DNA of 64,000 nt from Escherichia coli (GTDB lineage: Bacteria > Pseudomonadota > Gammaproteobacteria > Enterobacterales > Enterobacteriaceae), in assembly GCF_048403405.1 (NCBI RefSeq), contig NZ_CP183129.1, one strand, 5' to 3'. The notes below the pieces were generated by a model. The model worked only from the letters and a program-made list of their open reading frames with translations. It was not told the DNA's origin and ran no database searches. Position 1 is the stretch's first letter, and each line of letters opens with the position of its first letter. Shown here one piece after another: positions 12,654 to 21,756 of this stretch. A program made the position numbers and the translations under genes.

Positions 12654-15206
12654 TTATTTACCTAGCATGAACTGCGATGGTGGGATCAGAAAGTCGTTAC
12701 CCTGCTCACGCTCAACACGGCGCTGATAACGCTCAAGAGAGCCTGGGTCAAGGGCATCTTGTATCCTGTTCAATATTAAACCATTCATCGCCGTACGAAG
12801 CCAGAACACGTTGAGGAATGGCGTATTGTCAAGTGCCGTGCGATACCAGTCACCCAAATCTGCATCCCCTCTCGTGGTCTGCTGGAGCAGCGTGATAATG
12901 CTGTCAGCGTTCGATGCTGCCGGTCCCATTAGCGACGTAACCGGCCCGGCCCCCATGCGGTTGACCTCGCCAAACATGAAGTCACCCAAGATGCCAAGAC
13001 CGCCCCCCTGAGATGCGGCTGCGAGAAACGTCTTGGCATCTGCCGGGCGTGGTGTTTGCCCTTTCAGCATGAGTTTTGACTGCATGGAGATATAACCAAA
13101 CATAGTCGCCCAGACAAAGAGGTTTGCAGCACCAAGGAAAGCCCCCTTCCCGTTACGTAGCAGCGCATTCGTCAGCGATCCGGTTTTCGACTCACCAAGC
13201 CCAGCAGGAATATAACCACGCCCGAATACTTCGCGTCCTAGTACGTTCTGCATGAAGCTTGCAGTGAACGATTTGTATTGACCAGCGAATCGTATTGCTT
13301 CCCCAGCCACCGTTCCTGGCACCGTGCCCATCTTCATAAACGCCTGCGTGCGATCGCCAGGCTCTGACATGGCGATATTCAGGCGGTCAAGGATGTAGCC
13401 GCGCAACTGCCCTTCCAATTGATCGCGTGCGTCAGCGATAGCGCGCTGCGTTGGCTTGATCCCCTTACTCTCTACATAACCGGCAATCACTTCGTCAGGC
13501 ACGCCGCGGATGCCGCTGGTCGTCATGAACTTACGACCTTCGCTATCGGCCATGTCCATGTTGCGAAAAATTTCCCACTCACGTTCGCCAATACCGTGCA
13601 GATCCAGCACGCGTCGCAGGTCTTCCGGTAGCCGCGCATGAGGCTGGTCAGCATTCTTTGCAAGCCAGTTGGTTATCATCATGGCGTTGCTGTTGCGACC
13701 GCTCTCGGTCCAGAAGTTCATGAGGTTGTACTTAAAGAAAAGCTGCTGCGCGCGACCAAGTTTTCCATTCAGCGTGTCATCACCAGATATGCGCCGGATG
13801 ATTTCCTGCGTCATGGAGTCGGAATAAACTCCGATAGAGGAAAGGATCTCTTTCTGCTCCGCGCTGTTGTAACGCGTGAAGCGGCCTCTCATAGCACCAA
13901 GCAACGCCTGCATAAAATTCTGCCCTTGGTAGCGCATCTCGGTAGCGGCGATAGGCACGTCGTTAAACGATGAGATTACCGCGCCACCAAGCTGGCTCAT
14001 ACGCAACCAGCCGCGTACAGCCGCCGACGCATTGGCCCAGCCTACGCTGCCAGGAATATTTAGCGAGCCGTCAACCTGCGGCATTACGGTACGGTTAATG
14101 CGACGCACCTTCGTCATGTAGTCAGCCAACGCTGCCGGTCTTCCGGATTTGCTGATATCTTCAGCAATGGTGTCCGTCAGGTACTTAAACATGTTCTGTG
14201 GGTTAGTGCCCAGTACGCGCATCATGCCCGTTGTGCGGGCAGCGCTGTTTAAGCCACCAAACAGCGCCTCTCGCAGGCTGCCAGTGCCGAATTGCTGGTT
14301 GTACTCGTGCCACGAGATACCATCTTTGAAGTGCAAAATTCGCTCTTGGCTGGCGCGTTTAGCTGCGTTCGCCGATCCCTTAAAGCCATTCATCCAATCT
14401 GGCTTTTCAGATGTAAGATGCACGCCGGAAGCCAGCCCGTTATAAATGTTACGCATGAACTGCTCGCGGTCAGCCACGCCGTCAAAAGTGCGCTCATCAA
14501 GGCGCGGGAGAATAGCATTTCGCCATGCTTCATAACCTGCGGCGCGGATCTTCATGATGTCGTGTGACTGGCGCACTATATAGCCCGGCTCTTTGCGTAT
14601 CCATGCCCCGGCGCGGTTCTCATCAATGCGCGCAGTTTCCTGCCATTTCATGATGATTTGTGCAGCGCTTACGGATTGCTTTGTCATACCGTCAGTTGAC
14701 TGCCCGCGCCCTATGCGCCACATTGCATCGGCAATTTCCCTGTCATTGCTGCCGCTGGCGATGAATTGCACCAGCCCGGCACGGTCAAAATCGTAGTTGA
14801 TACCGGAATGATACTTGCCGTGCAGTTGCGCCACCTCCGAAGATACCGACCGGCGGGCGCCGGTACGCGCATCGTTGCGGCCAACCAGCATTGCTTCAAG
14901 CCCGATATCCGGGCGGTCTTTCCAGATAGTACGAAGCTCTCTAAGTCGTTGTGCGGCAATACGGGTGTTGATTGCCTTATTGCGAGCCTCAATCTGTTTT
15001 GCCAGCATATCGGCATTGCTCAGTTCTTCCGCTGCGCGCATCGCGGCCTCTTCCAGAGACAGCGCCTCATTGGTCGCCAGAATTCGCCTAGTGGTGTCGT
15101 TCATGTCACGCACCAGCGACTCCATCTCATCGGAAGAAAGCTCGCGACCAGCGGCAGCATTTACACTGCGCTCGCACTGCGTCAAAAATTCGTTTGCTGC
15201 CATCAC
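12654..15206 (-). CDS. large hypothetical protein (850 aa), third gene of a tightly packed giant-ORF block; possible phage internal-virion/ejection-type protein
   Basis: Long uninterrupted ORF, 4-nt overlap with upstream gene; no domain recognised by eye. Confidence 0.65.
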   Translation of the reverse strand: MMAANEFLTQCERSVNAAAGRELSSDEMESLVRDMNDTTRRILATNEALSLEEAAMRAAEELSNADMLAKQIEARNKAINTRIAAQRLRELRTIWKDRPDIGLEAMLVGRNDARTGARRSVSSEVAQLHGKYHSGINYDFDRAGLVQFIASGSNDREIADAMWRIGRGQSTDGMTKQSVSAAQIIMKWQETARIDENRAGAWIRKEPGYIVRQSHDIMKIRAAGYEAWRNAILPRLDERTFDGVADREQFMRNIYNGLASGVHLTSEKPDWMNGFKGSANAAKRASQERILHFKDGISWHEYNQQFGTGSLREALFGGLNSAARTTGMMRVLGTNPQNMFKYLTDTIAEDISKSGRPAALADYMTKVRRINRTVMPQVDGSLNIPGSVGWANASAAVRGWLRMSQLGGAVISSFNDVPIAATEMRYQGQNFMQALLGAMRGRFTRYNSAEQKEILSSIGVYSDSMTQEIIRRISGDDTLNGKLGRAQQLFFKYNLMNFWTESGRNSNAMMITNWLAKNADQPHARLPEDLRRVLDLHGIGEREWEIFRNMDMADSEGRKFMTTSGIRGVPDEVIAGYVESKGIKPTQRAIADARDQLEGQLRGYILDRLNIAMSEPGDRTQAFMKMGTVPGTVAGEAIRFAGQYKSFTASFMQNVLGREVFGRGYIPAGLGESKTGSLTNALLRNGKGAFLGAANLFVWATMFGYISMQSKLMLKGQTPRPADAKTFLAAASQGGGLGILGDFMFGEVNRMGAGPVTSLMGPAASNADSIITLLQQTTRGDADLGDWYRTALDNTPFLNVFWLRTAMNGLILNRIQDALDPGSLERYQRRVEREQGNDFLIPPSQFMLGK

Positions 15207-16900
15207 ATCCCCCGGTTAATCATACAGGCGGCAAATGCCCGGAAAGCGTTGCTCATGCTATTGTCGCTGGCGTCGGCACGAATATCATTGAGTTTCTGGC
15301 GCAACGTGGTCGCAAGATCAGGGTTATCGACAGCGATATCGTCAAGCAGGGCGTTACTCAGGTTGAGCTCGTTATCAAGGTCTGCAGCGGCAGCGGTAAT
15401 TTCATGATCTGCCTTTTGCGTTTCTTGATAAACCCGATCGGCTGTTTCGCTTGCTGGGCGAGCCGTTTCATCAACCTGCCGTGCCGGATTCTGTATGCGA
15501 TGGATGGCGCGTTCACGCAGTGCCGGTTTGTGCAGTTCATAGAAGGGCTCAACATCTGGGCTACGTCCTTCCATCATGTGTGCCAGCGCAGCGCGATACG
15601 CCTGCTGGTTCACGCTCCAGTCAGCATCCCTGATGGCGCTTGCGGCAGTGCGAACTGCGCCAGCGACCGGCGACATCTGCATGCCGTCCAGGATCTGCTG
15701 CGCACGCTCGGAAATGGTGACTTTCAGGTCGTCGGGGATCTCGCCGCGGGAAATCTGAGACTGGCGCCAGCGCGCCTGCTCTGCTGTCGCGTTCTGCTCC
15801 AGCGATGTGTTGATCTCCTGATTGCGTGCAGCGATGGCGTCTTTCTCGGCCTGAATCTCTTTCAGTGCCCTAGAGCGCGCATCCTTAAACTTCATCCGCT
15901 TCCCCTGATACTTTTTGGTGCGCTGTTGCAGCGTCGCATCAAGCGAGTCAGCATGACGTTGATTAGCCGCAAGCTCGGCACGCAGGTCGGCAACGTTACC
16001 GATCTGCCCGCTCTGTAACTCCTGCTGGCGCGCCATATAGTCAGGAACCACGTCGTCATAAGCCCGGCTGTATGCGTAGCTCTCCGCTTCACTGGAAATG
16101 GCCGCCGCCAGATCTGCGTTAGCGCCAACCTCAGGGATATTCACGCCCGCCGGAATGTTGTCAGGCGTTATCACCGGGGTTGGCTGCGCATCGCCAGAAA
16201 ACTCCGGGGACTCTCCCGTTGCAGCATCGGGAACGCGACGCGGTCGCACGATATCGGCGATAAGGCCGCCGCCGGCATGCATTAGACCGCCAGCCATCGT
16301 GTTAAAGAAAGTACTTTCCAACGCGTTGCTATAGGTGAAGTCGTCACCTTCCGCCGCCGCTGCCAGCCCGGTAAGCGGCACGGTCACCACCGCCTGCGCT
16401 GCCCCCATGCGTGCACCAGCAACAAATCGCTCGCCAAATCGGCCAAGCACAGAAGCTGCCTTTGCTTCTCCAGCGAACGGAACCAGCGCCAGCGCCACGT
16501 TACCAGGATCTGCCATTGAACCAGCTAGGCTGGCTGCGAAATTAAGCGGCGTGGCTACCCACCCGCTCGGTGCCGACATCGCAATCTGCTGGCGTGCCAG
16601 AGAATCTTTGCGTTCGGCAATAACATGATCGAGAAAAGCCTGCGTAACGCCAGAATCTGGCACGTTTATGCTCTTTACGCCGTACTGCTTCAGGAGCTCA
16701 TCTGCGTCCTGCTTACTGATAACTGTAGAGTTTGGGTCATTCGCCAGCGAGTCGGCCTGCGCAAAGCGGTAGCCGGACATGACCGGCCCCTCTTCAAATC
16801 CCTGCTTAAGGGAAGAAAGCAGCGATTCGCCAAGCCCTGCTGGCGCGTTGCCAATTGGCTGGTTAATGCCCTGTCCCGGATCATCTGTGTAAATTGGCAT
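15203..16900 (-). CDS. large Ala/Gly-rich hypothetical protein (565 aa), second gene of the giant-ORF block
   Basis: Long ORF with hydrophobic Ala/Gly-rich segments and a coiled-coil-like C-terminal half; packed against flanking genes. Confidence 0.65.
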   Translation of the reverse strand: MPIYTDDPGQGINQPIGNAPAGLGESLLSSLKQGFEEGPVMSGYRFAQADSLANDPNSTVISKQDADELLKQYGVKSINVPDSGVTQAFLDHVIAERKDSLARQQIAMSAPSGWVATPLNFAASLAGSMADPGNVALALVPFAGEAKAASVLGRFGERFVAGARMGAAQAVVTVPLTGLAAAAEGDDFTYSNALESTFFNTMAGGLMHAGGGLIADIVRPRRVPDAATGESPEFSGDAQPTPVITPDNIPAGVNIPEVGANADLAAAISSEAESYAYSRAYDDVVPDYMARQQELQSGQIGNVADLRAELAANQRHADSLDATLQQRTKKYQGKRMKFKDARSRALKEIQAEKDAIAARNQEINTSLEQNATAEQARWRQSQISRGEIPDDLKVTISERAQQILDGMQMSPVAGAVRTAASAIRDADWSVNQQAYRAALAHMMEGRSPDVEPFYELHKPALRERAIHRIQNPARQVDETARPASETADRVYQETQKADHEITAAAADLDNELNLSNALLDDIAVDNPDLATTLRQKLNDIRADASDNSMSNAFRAFAACMINRGM

Positions 16901-16901
16901 G

Positions 16902-19523
16902 TTATCGTCCTGATTGCTGGCCGTTCTGGAAAATGTTAATCAGGTTGTCGCGCTGACTTTCTGCGCTGTATTCCTTAGACTGTCCGGGAGTATATTTCAC
17001 CGGAGTATCAATGAACTTGGTAATGCTGTTCCATACTGATCGGTTGGTTGTTCCCAGTTTCGCCAGATCGTTGAACGGCACCGTAATCGGGTTGCCGTCG
17101 GCACCGTTGACGATCAGCCCGTTGAGCATCAGGGTAAGTCCTGTTTCGTCGCTGTTGGTAACCCACTGCGCATTATCACGAATGCGGGAGATACTCTGCT
17201 CACGGTTGACCTCATCAGGTAGCCTTGGGTCACCAATAAGCGGCATAATCTGATCTGCTGACAGGTTTTTCAGATACGCATTGGCACCATCGTTAACGTC
17301 ACGAATATCTATCCCTGCACGCTTAGGTAGCCGCCAAGTGCCATTGGTCTGATACTGCTCGCCGAGGATGTCCTGATACGCCTGTTTTGCTGCATCAGAC
17401 GCCGACATTCCGCGCTGCATGTTGATGTAAGTAAGTCGTTTTCCCTGCTCGTTGAAGTTATTCCACACGGCAGTGCCACCAGGCTGAACAACCATCGTGC
17501 CAGCAAAATCTTTCGATTGGTCATTCCATGACGAGTCGGCGCTATCCGCGTCGGTTTTCTCAAGACTGCCGCGTAAGTCAGCAGTTTTAACGCTACGGTT
17601 TTGCCAGAGCGCATTTGCCGCGCGCGGGTTCTCGGTAGCCATGACAACCTGCAACGCAGGATAAGCGCTCTTCTGAACCTGCTGCATCACCTGATCCGAG
17701 TATTTTCCGAACGACTGCGCCACCGACTGAATGGCCTTTACGCTAGATTCCTGCGTGTTGTCAATACGCTGCAGTACGTCGTTGACCATGGACTCCGGTA
17801 AAACTTTTTTGCTCATTATCCCCAGGCGGTCTTTTTCAGACTGTATGCGGGAAACTAGGTATTCACCAGATGAAGGGTCATTGAGGTACTGCTGGAATGC
17901 AGCCTGCACAACCGGAGAGTTTTGTTGCAGCCATGCCCCCGGATCCGCTTCCCGCGCCTTCAGTACCTGCCCAAGCTTGACCTTTGCCGATGCATAAAGC
18001 TCGGCTTTGTATTTAAAGTCAGGGTCGTTTTCCTGCGGTGCCATTGCCTGCACGGCGGCGGTACCCTGCTGGACGTTGCCCTGCATGATGGTCTGATAAA
18101 CAGGTTGTAGCGTCATTGCCTGCTGGTATTGCTGGAAGGTTTTTTCCATCTGCAGGCGCTCGGCAGGCGCTGCCTGAAGCGGCATAACGGCGGCCCATTC
18201 GTGCGCTGAAATAGGCGTCACCTGCTTACCGGCCTCAATTTTGGATAGGTCGTCCTGCATTCGACTCTGTAGCGCAACGCGACCGGCTGAAGCCTGCATG
18301 TCGTACATGCCAGCAACCTTGCTCATCATCTGCGACTTTTTGTCCGGACTCATGGCGTTCCAGAATGGCTGTGCGATGAGGTTTTCCATCGTCGCAGATC
18401 CAGGAATAGCTCCAGCACTGCCAGTTACTTTTGCCACATAATTGCGCGTCTCGTCGTATGGGATAGCTGCGGCAAACTGGGCGTTACTGACTTCGCCTGT
18501 GCGCGGATCGCCAATCTGTTTAATCCAGCCGTCAACCTTTCCTGGGCCAGCGTTATAGGCAGCTACTGCCAGAACCGGGTTATTGTCGTATTTCTTCATC
18601 TGCGCGCCGAAATAAGCTTGCCCCAAGCGGGCATTATAGCGCGGGTCATTCAACCATTTATCTCGGTCCCACGGCACACCAGCAAGGCGGGCAGCTTCGG
18701 GGCCAGTATCTTCCGTCACCTGCGCTACGCCAACAGCGCCTTTTGGCGACACCAGAGGTGTTCCGTCCTTTCCGTACTGATTTCCGCCACTCTCCTGCCA
18801 GATTATTGCAGAGAATAACTGCGCCTCACTCGGTGTATCGGTTACCTCAATCTTGCCGTTCGGCCCCATCATCTGTTGATACATCGGCACATACCACGCC
18901 TCCGCCGCACCGTTCGCGGCATTCTCGCGCCACGAAACCCAGTTCTGTTCGATCTCTTCCTGACTCTGGCCGTGTGCTTCGCCGTAAGCGATGATGCTAT
19001 GATATGCCTTCAATCCTGCCTGGTTTGCCATTGTCGGGTTACGGAACTGCATCGATAGGTTTTTTAGTGTCGCATCCTGCATATCCGCCTCATACTGGCG
19101 AACCTGTCCTATTTCGTACCTCCCAGCCTGCGTAGTGAACTGAATGCGCTGCTGCTGCGCCTGCTGCATGAAAGCATTACGAGCCTGTTCATCCGGCAGC
19201 GACATAGCCAGTTGTTCGACCTGAGCATCAAACTGCTGCGTATACTCCTGACCTTTTCCAATAGCATTTTTCCCTTTCAGGTTAAGCAAACCTGTTTCAG
19301 GGTTATTCAGCAGATCGCTGCCTGTCTGACTGAGTTTAAGGGATGCCTCCTGAACCAAGGCAATATTGGCACGCTGTTTTGCCTGACCCAGAACATCAAT
19401 TGCCTCTGCTCCTGCACGAACAAAAGCATCACTAATACCTGGCTGAGAAAACGTCTGCAAGCCTGCTGACTGAACTCCACGGCTCTCAACCTGACGTCCG
19501 GATACTGTTGGTACGACTGGCAT
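16902..19523 (-). CDS. large protein (873 aa) with internal soluble lytic transglycosylase (SLT) domain
   Basis: SLT catalytic motifs in the translation: ...IIWQESGGNQYG...VGVAQV...AYNAGPGKVDGW; remainder Gln-rich. Confidence 0.75.
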   Translation of the reverse strand: MPVVPTVSGRQVESRGVQSAGLQTFSQPGISDAFVRAGAEAIDVLGQAKQRANIALVQEASLKLSQTGSDLLNNPETGLLNLKGKNAIGKGQEYTQQFDAQVEQLAMSLPDEQARNAFMQQAQQQRIQFTTQAGRYEIGQVRQYEADMQDATLKNLSMQFRNPTMANQAGLKAYHSIIAYGEAHGQSQEEIEQNWVSWRENAANGAAEAWYVPMYQQMMGPNGKIEVTDTPSEAQLFSAIIWQESGGNQYGKDGTPLVSPKGAVGVAQVTEDTGPEAARLAGVPWDRDKWLNDPRYNARLGQAYFGAQMKKYDNNPVLAVAAYNAGPGKVDGWIKQIGDPRTGEVSNAQFAAAIPYDETRNYVAKVTGSAGAIPGSATMENLIAQPFWNAMSPDKKSQMMSKVAGMYDMQASAGRVALQSRMQDDLSKIEAGKQVTPISAHEWAAVMPLQAAPAERLQMEKTFQQYQQAMTLQPVYQTIMQGNVQQGTAAVQAMAPQENDPDFKYKAELYASAKVKLGQVLKAREADPGAWLQQNSPVVQAAFQQYLNDPSSGEYLVSRIQSEKDRLGIMSKKVLPESMVNDVLQRIDNTQESSVKAIQSVAQSFGKYSDQVMQQVQKSAYPALQVVMATENPRAANALWQNRSVKTADLRGSLEKTDADSADSSWNDQSKDFAGTMVVQPGGTAVWNNFNEQGKRLTYINMQRGMSASDAAKQAYQDILGEQYQTNGTWRLPKRAGIDIRDVNDGANAYLKNLSADQIMPLIGDPRLPDEVNREQSISRIRDNAQWVTNSDETGLTLMLNGLIVNGADGNPITVPFNDLAKLGTTNRSVWNSITKFIDTPVKYTPGQSKEYSAESQRDNLINIFQNGQQSGR

Positions 19524-19619
19524 TAGTAACCTCCTATTTTGAATCGGGAGTCAGAATTCATAAAACCTGAGTTAGATAACATTGGCGTCCCTCTGCTTTG
19601 ATGCTGTACCAGCGATTCA

Positions 19620-19826
19620 TTACTCACCCCCCGATGCAAAACCATTCTGATTAAGCCAGGCGTTTACGGCATGTCTGACAATCTGCGCCACGCCTGGTAA
19701 TGGCTGATCAGGGTGATTGTTCACATGGTCGATTCTGTACTGCTTAATGCGCATCACGGTCTGTGCATCCAGATGAACGGAACCACCTCTGACATCGCCT
19801 GTGTTCAGGTCGTTAATACAATTCAC
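19620..19826 (-). CDS. small hypothetical protein (68 aa)
   Basis: ORF directly upstream of the giant-ORF block on the same strand; no recognisable motif. Confidence 0.4.
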   Translation of the reverse strand: MNCINDLNTGDVRGGSVHLDAQTVMRIKQYRIDHVNNHPDQPLPGVAQIVRHAVNAWLNQNGFASGGE

Positions 19827-20192
19827 AGCAATTTCCTCTTACTGACTAAACTATGCACATTATTGATCTGAAAAAGTGGTAGATAAACATATTTCTATCA
19901 CAAAAACAGATTGATTGATTTCAGCCCCAAAAAAAGCCGGATTGCTCCGGCTCTGTGCTTACTTCTGGTAGTTACGCCATACTGATTTCCCGATCCCATC
20001 TATCCCCATTTCTTTTTCAGTGCGTTTAAGCGACCGTTTCAGGTCTTCTAAATTATCCGGTTGCTTCGGTGGCCTCTGTGCCTTCCTGGAACATTCCAGT
20101 CGTCGCATTGATATGTAATACCGTTCCTTATCAGTTTCCCAACTGCATTACTTCACCCCATCGCGCCGCCGCTCTTCGGTACAGGGTTTTAG

Positions 20193-20609
20193 TTAGCCTC
20201 CGACTCTTCCGTAGCGCTGTTCTGGTGGATTCACATAGCCCCTTTCTTGCAGGTATTCGCGAATATCAGACATCAGGAGACGGTTAACCGTGCTCTTGTC
20301 TTTTCTCCGGTAAAGGCGTCTGGTGATCATGAAGTAGTTAGCAATGACCTCCGGTATATCCCTGACGCTGATACATGCTGTATGCTGGTCAATAGCTTCA
20401 ATCATCTCTTCACGAGTTACAAAAGTCTGGCGTAAACGAGTGATCACACCATGTACATCTGAACGATCATTTATACGCTTATTTTGGCGCTTCGCGCTCT
20501 CGACTGTGACACTGACAATAATGTCAACTCTTTGTTTTTCCGCCATTTCATCCACAATGTGATCACCTGCACGGCGACCATGTGCGTGATCATTTCTTAC
20601 TATTTCCAT
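20193..20609 (-). CDS. hypothetical protein (138 aa)
   Basis: ORF overlapping the end of the FinO/ProQ-like gene by 20 nt on the same strand; basic, possibly nucleic-acid binding. Confidence 0.5.
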   Translation of the reverse strand: MEIVRNDHAHGRRAGDHIVDEMAEKQRVDIIVSVTVESAKRQNKRINDRSDVHGVITRLRQTFVTREEMIEAIDQHTACISVRDIPEVIANYFMITRRLYRRKDKSTVNRLLMSDIREYLQERGYVNPPEQRYGRVGG

Positions 20610-21087
20610 TCATCTCCTCCAGTAGTTTTCCTGCGTGCGTCTGTTGTAGTGGTGTTACCTCGCCGCACGGCTGGCCTTTCAGGTCGTAACGCGCGCCACC
20701 AGCTACCAGGGCGCGGTAATAGCGCGGAGTCTGCACATAACGCGCCAGCGTTGCGCGTAGTGTTCCCTGTCCGAGTGAAATACCTCTCGCGGCAATATCC
20801 TGTATCAGGTCGTCAAATATCCCCACCTTAAGCGGCTTAGGTGATTCCGGGCTGAATAATTCAGGCCATAGCTCAATAAGACGGTTAACGCGTCTGCGGT
20901 TTTTACGCTGCTGTTTGGTCATACGCCGCCGCGGTGTTGCTCCTGTGAGCTTCTGCTGTGTGTTCTGGTTATCTGGCATCACTTTATGCGCCGATGTGGT
21001 TTTATTCTGCTGCTGCGCCGCCTGTGCTGTTTTCTGCGGCGTGCCGTAAATGCCCTTCGGTTTTCTGTTTATGGTCAGCTTTGTCAT
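20590..21087 (-). CDS. FinO/ProQ-domain RNA-binding protein
   Basis: Central region ...[76 protein letters not shown]... resembles the ProQ/FinO N-terminal domain; basic N-terminal tail. Confidence 0.75.
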   Translation of the reverse strand: MTKLTINRKPKGIYGTPQKTAQAAQQQNKTTSAHKVMPDNQNTQQKLTGATPRRRMTKQQRKNRRRVNRLIELWPELFSPESPKPLKVGIFDDLIQDIAARGISLGQGTLRATLARYVQTPRYYRALVAGGARYDLKGQPCGEVTPLQQTHAGKLLEEMNGNSKK

Positions 21088-21123
21088 GCCTTCCCCTGTA
21101 ATTACTCTGTTCGCTGTTGTGAA

Positions 21124-21546
21124 TTAAAACGGTATCCCGTCCCCGTACGGATCGTCGTTACCCGCCTGTTGTTTTGCCCTGTTCAGTGCGTCAGTAGCCT
21201 GCCCTTGCTGGCCTTTTTTGCCGCCCGGTCGCGCCGTTCTCGCACTGATTACGCTGTCTGCGATAACCTGCCAGCCCTGCCGCGTTTCGCCGTTCTGGCC
21301 TGTCCACTGGCTTACCTGCATGTTACCCGCCACGCTCACCAGTTCGCCTTTGTGGTGTTTTGCCAGTGCGTCGGCCTGTCTGCCAAACGCCAGGACGGAT
21401 AACCACATCGTCGCCGTTCCGTCATCTGCCTGATTGCATGGAAGGGGGACCGCCATACTCGCCATCGCCATTTGTGTGCCCTTGCTGGTGGTCTTTAACT
21501 GCGGGTCAGCCACCAGCCGCCCGTAAGCTGATATTTGCGCCGTCAT
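21124..21546 (-). CDS. single-stranded DNA-binding protein (SSB-like OB fold)
   Basis: OB-fold pattern (AYGRLVADPQL...W...FGRQAD...KGELVSVAGNMQVSQW) and acidic C-terminal tail ending DGIPF, as in the SSB DIPF tip. Confidence 0.7.
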   Translation of the reverse strand: MTAQISAYGRLVADPQLKTTSKGTQMAMASMAVPLPCNQADDGTATMWLSVLAFGRQADALAKHHKGELVSVAGNMQVSQWTGQNGETRQGWQVIADSVISARTARPGGKKGQQGQATDALNRAKQQAGNDDPYGDGIPF

Positions 21547-21589
21547 GCTGTTTGTTCTCCGGTTTTAACGTGATAGTTACGCTTGTTTA

Positions 21590-21740
21590 CACTCTTACAG
21601 TGAAATTTTGCGGGTTACAATCGCACATTTGCGGGTTATAACTGCCGTTTTGCGGGTTACGTGCGGGTTATTGATTTCCTTTTTAATCATGCAGTTAATT
21701 AACTTATGCACAGGATAACCCGCATAACCCGCAACTTTTT
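21590..21740. repeat. iteron-type candidate origin of replication, directly 3' of the primase/helicase gene
   Basis: ttgcgggtta x4 (21603-21670), AT-rich spacer, then inverted taacccgca x2 (21715-21735). Confidence 0.6.
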
Positions 21741-21756
21741 ACCTCACACAGGGAAG

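Noticed and set aside
14766-16334. Numerous 60-270 aa ORFs antisense to the giant genes
   Set aside because: All lie inside long, well-supported minus-strand coding frames; Ala/Arg/Ser-rich composition typical of antisense artefacts in GC-rich coding DNA
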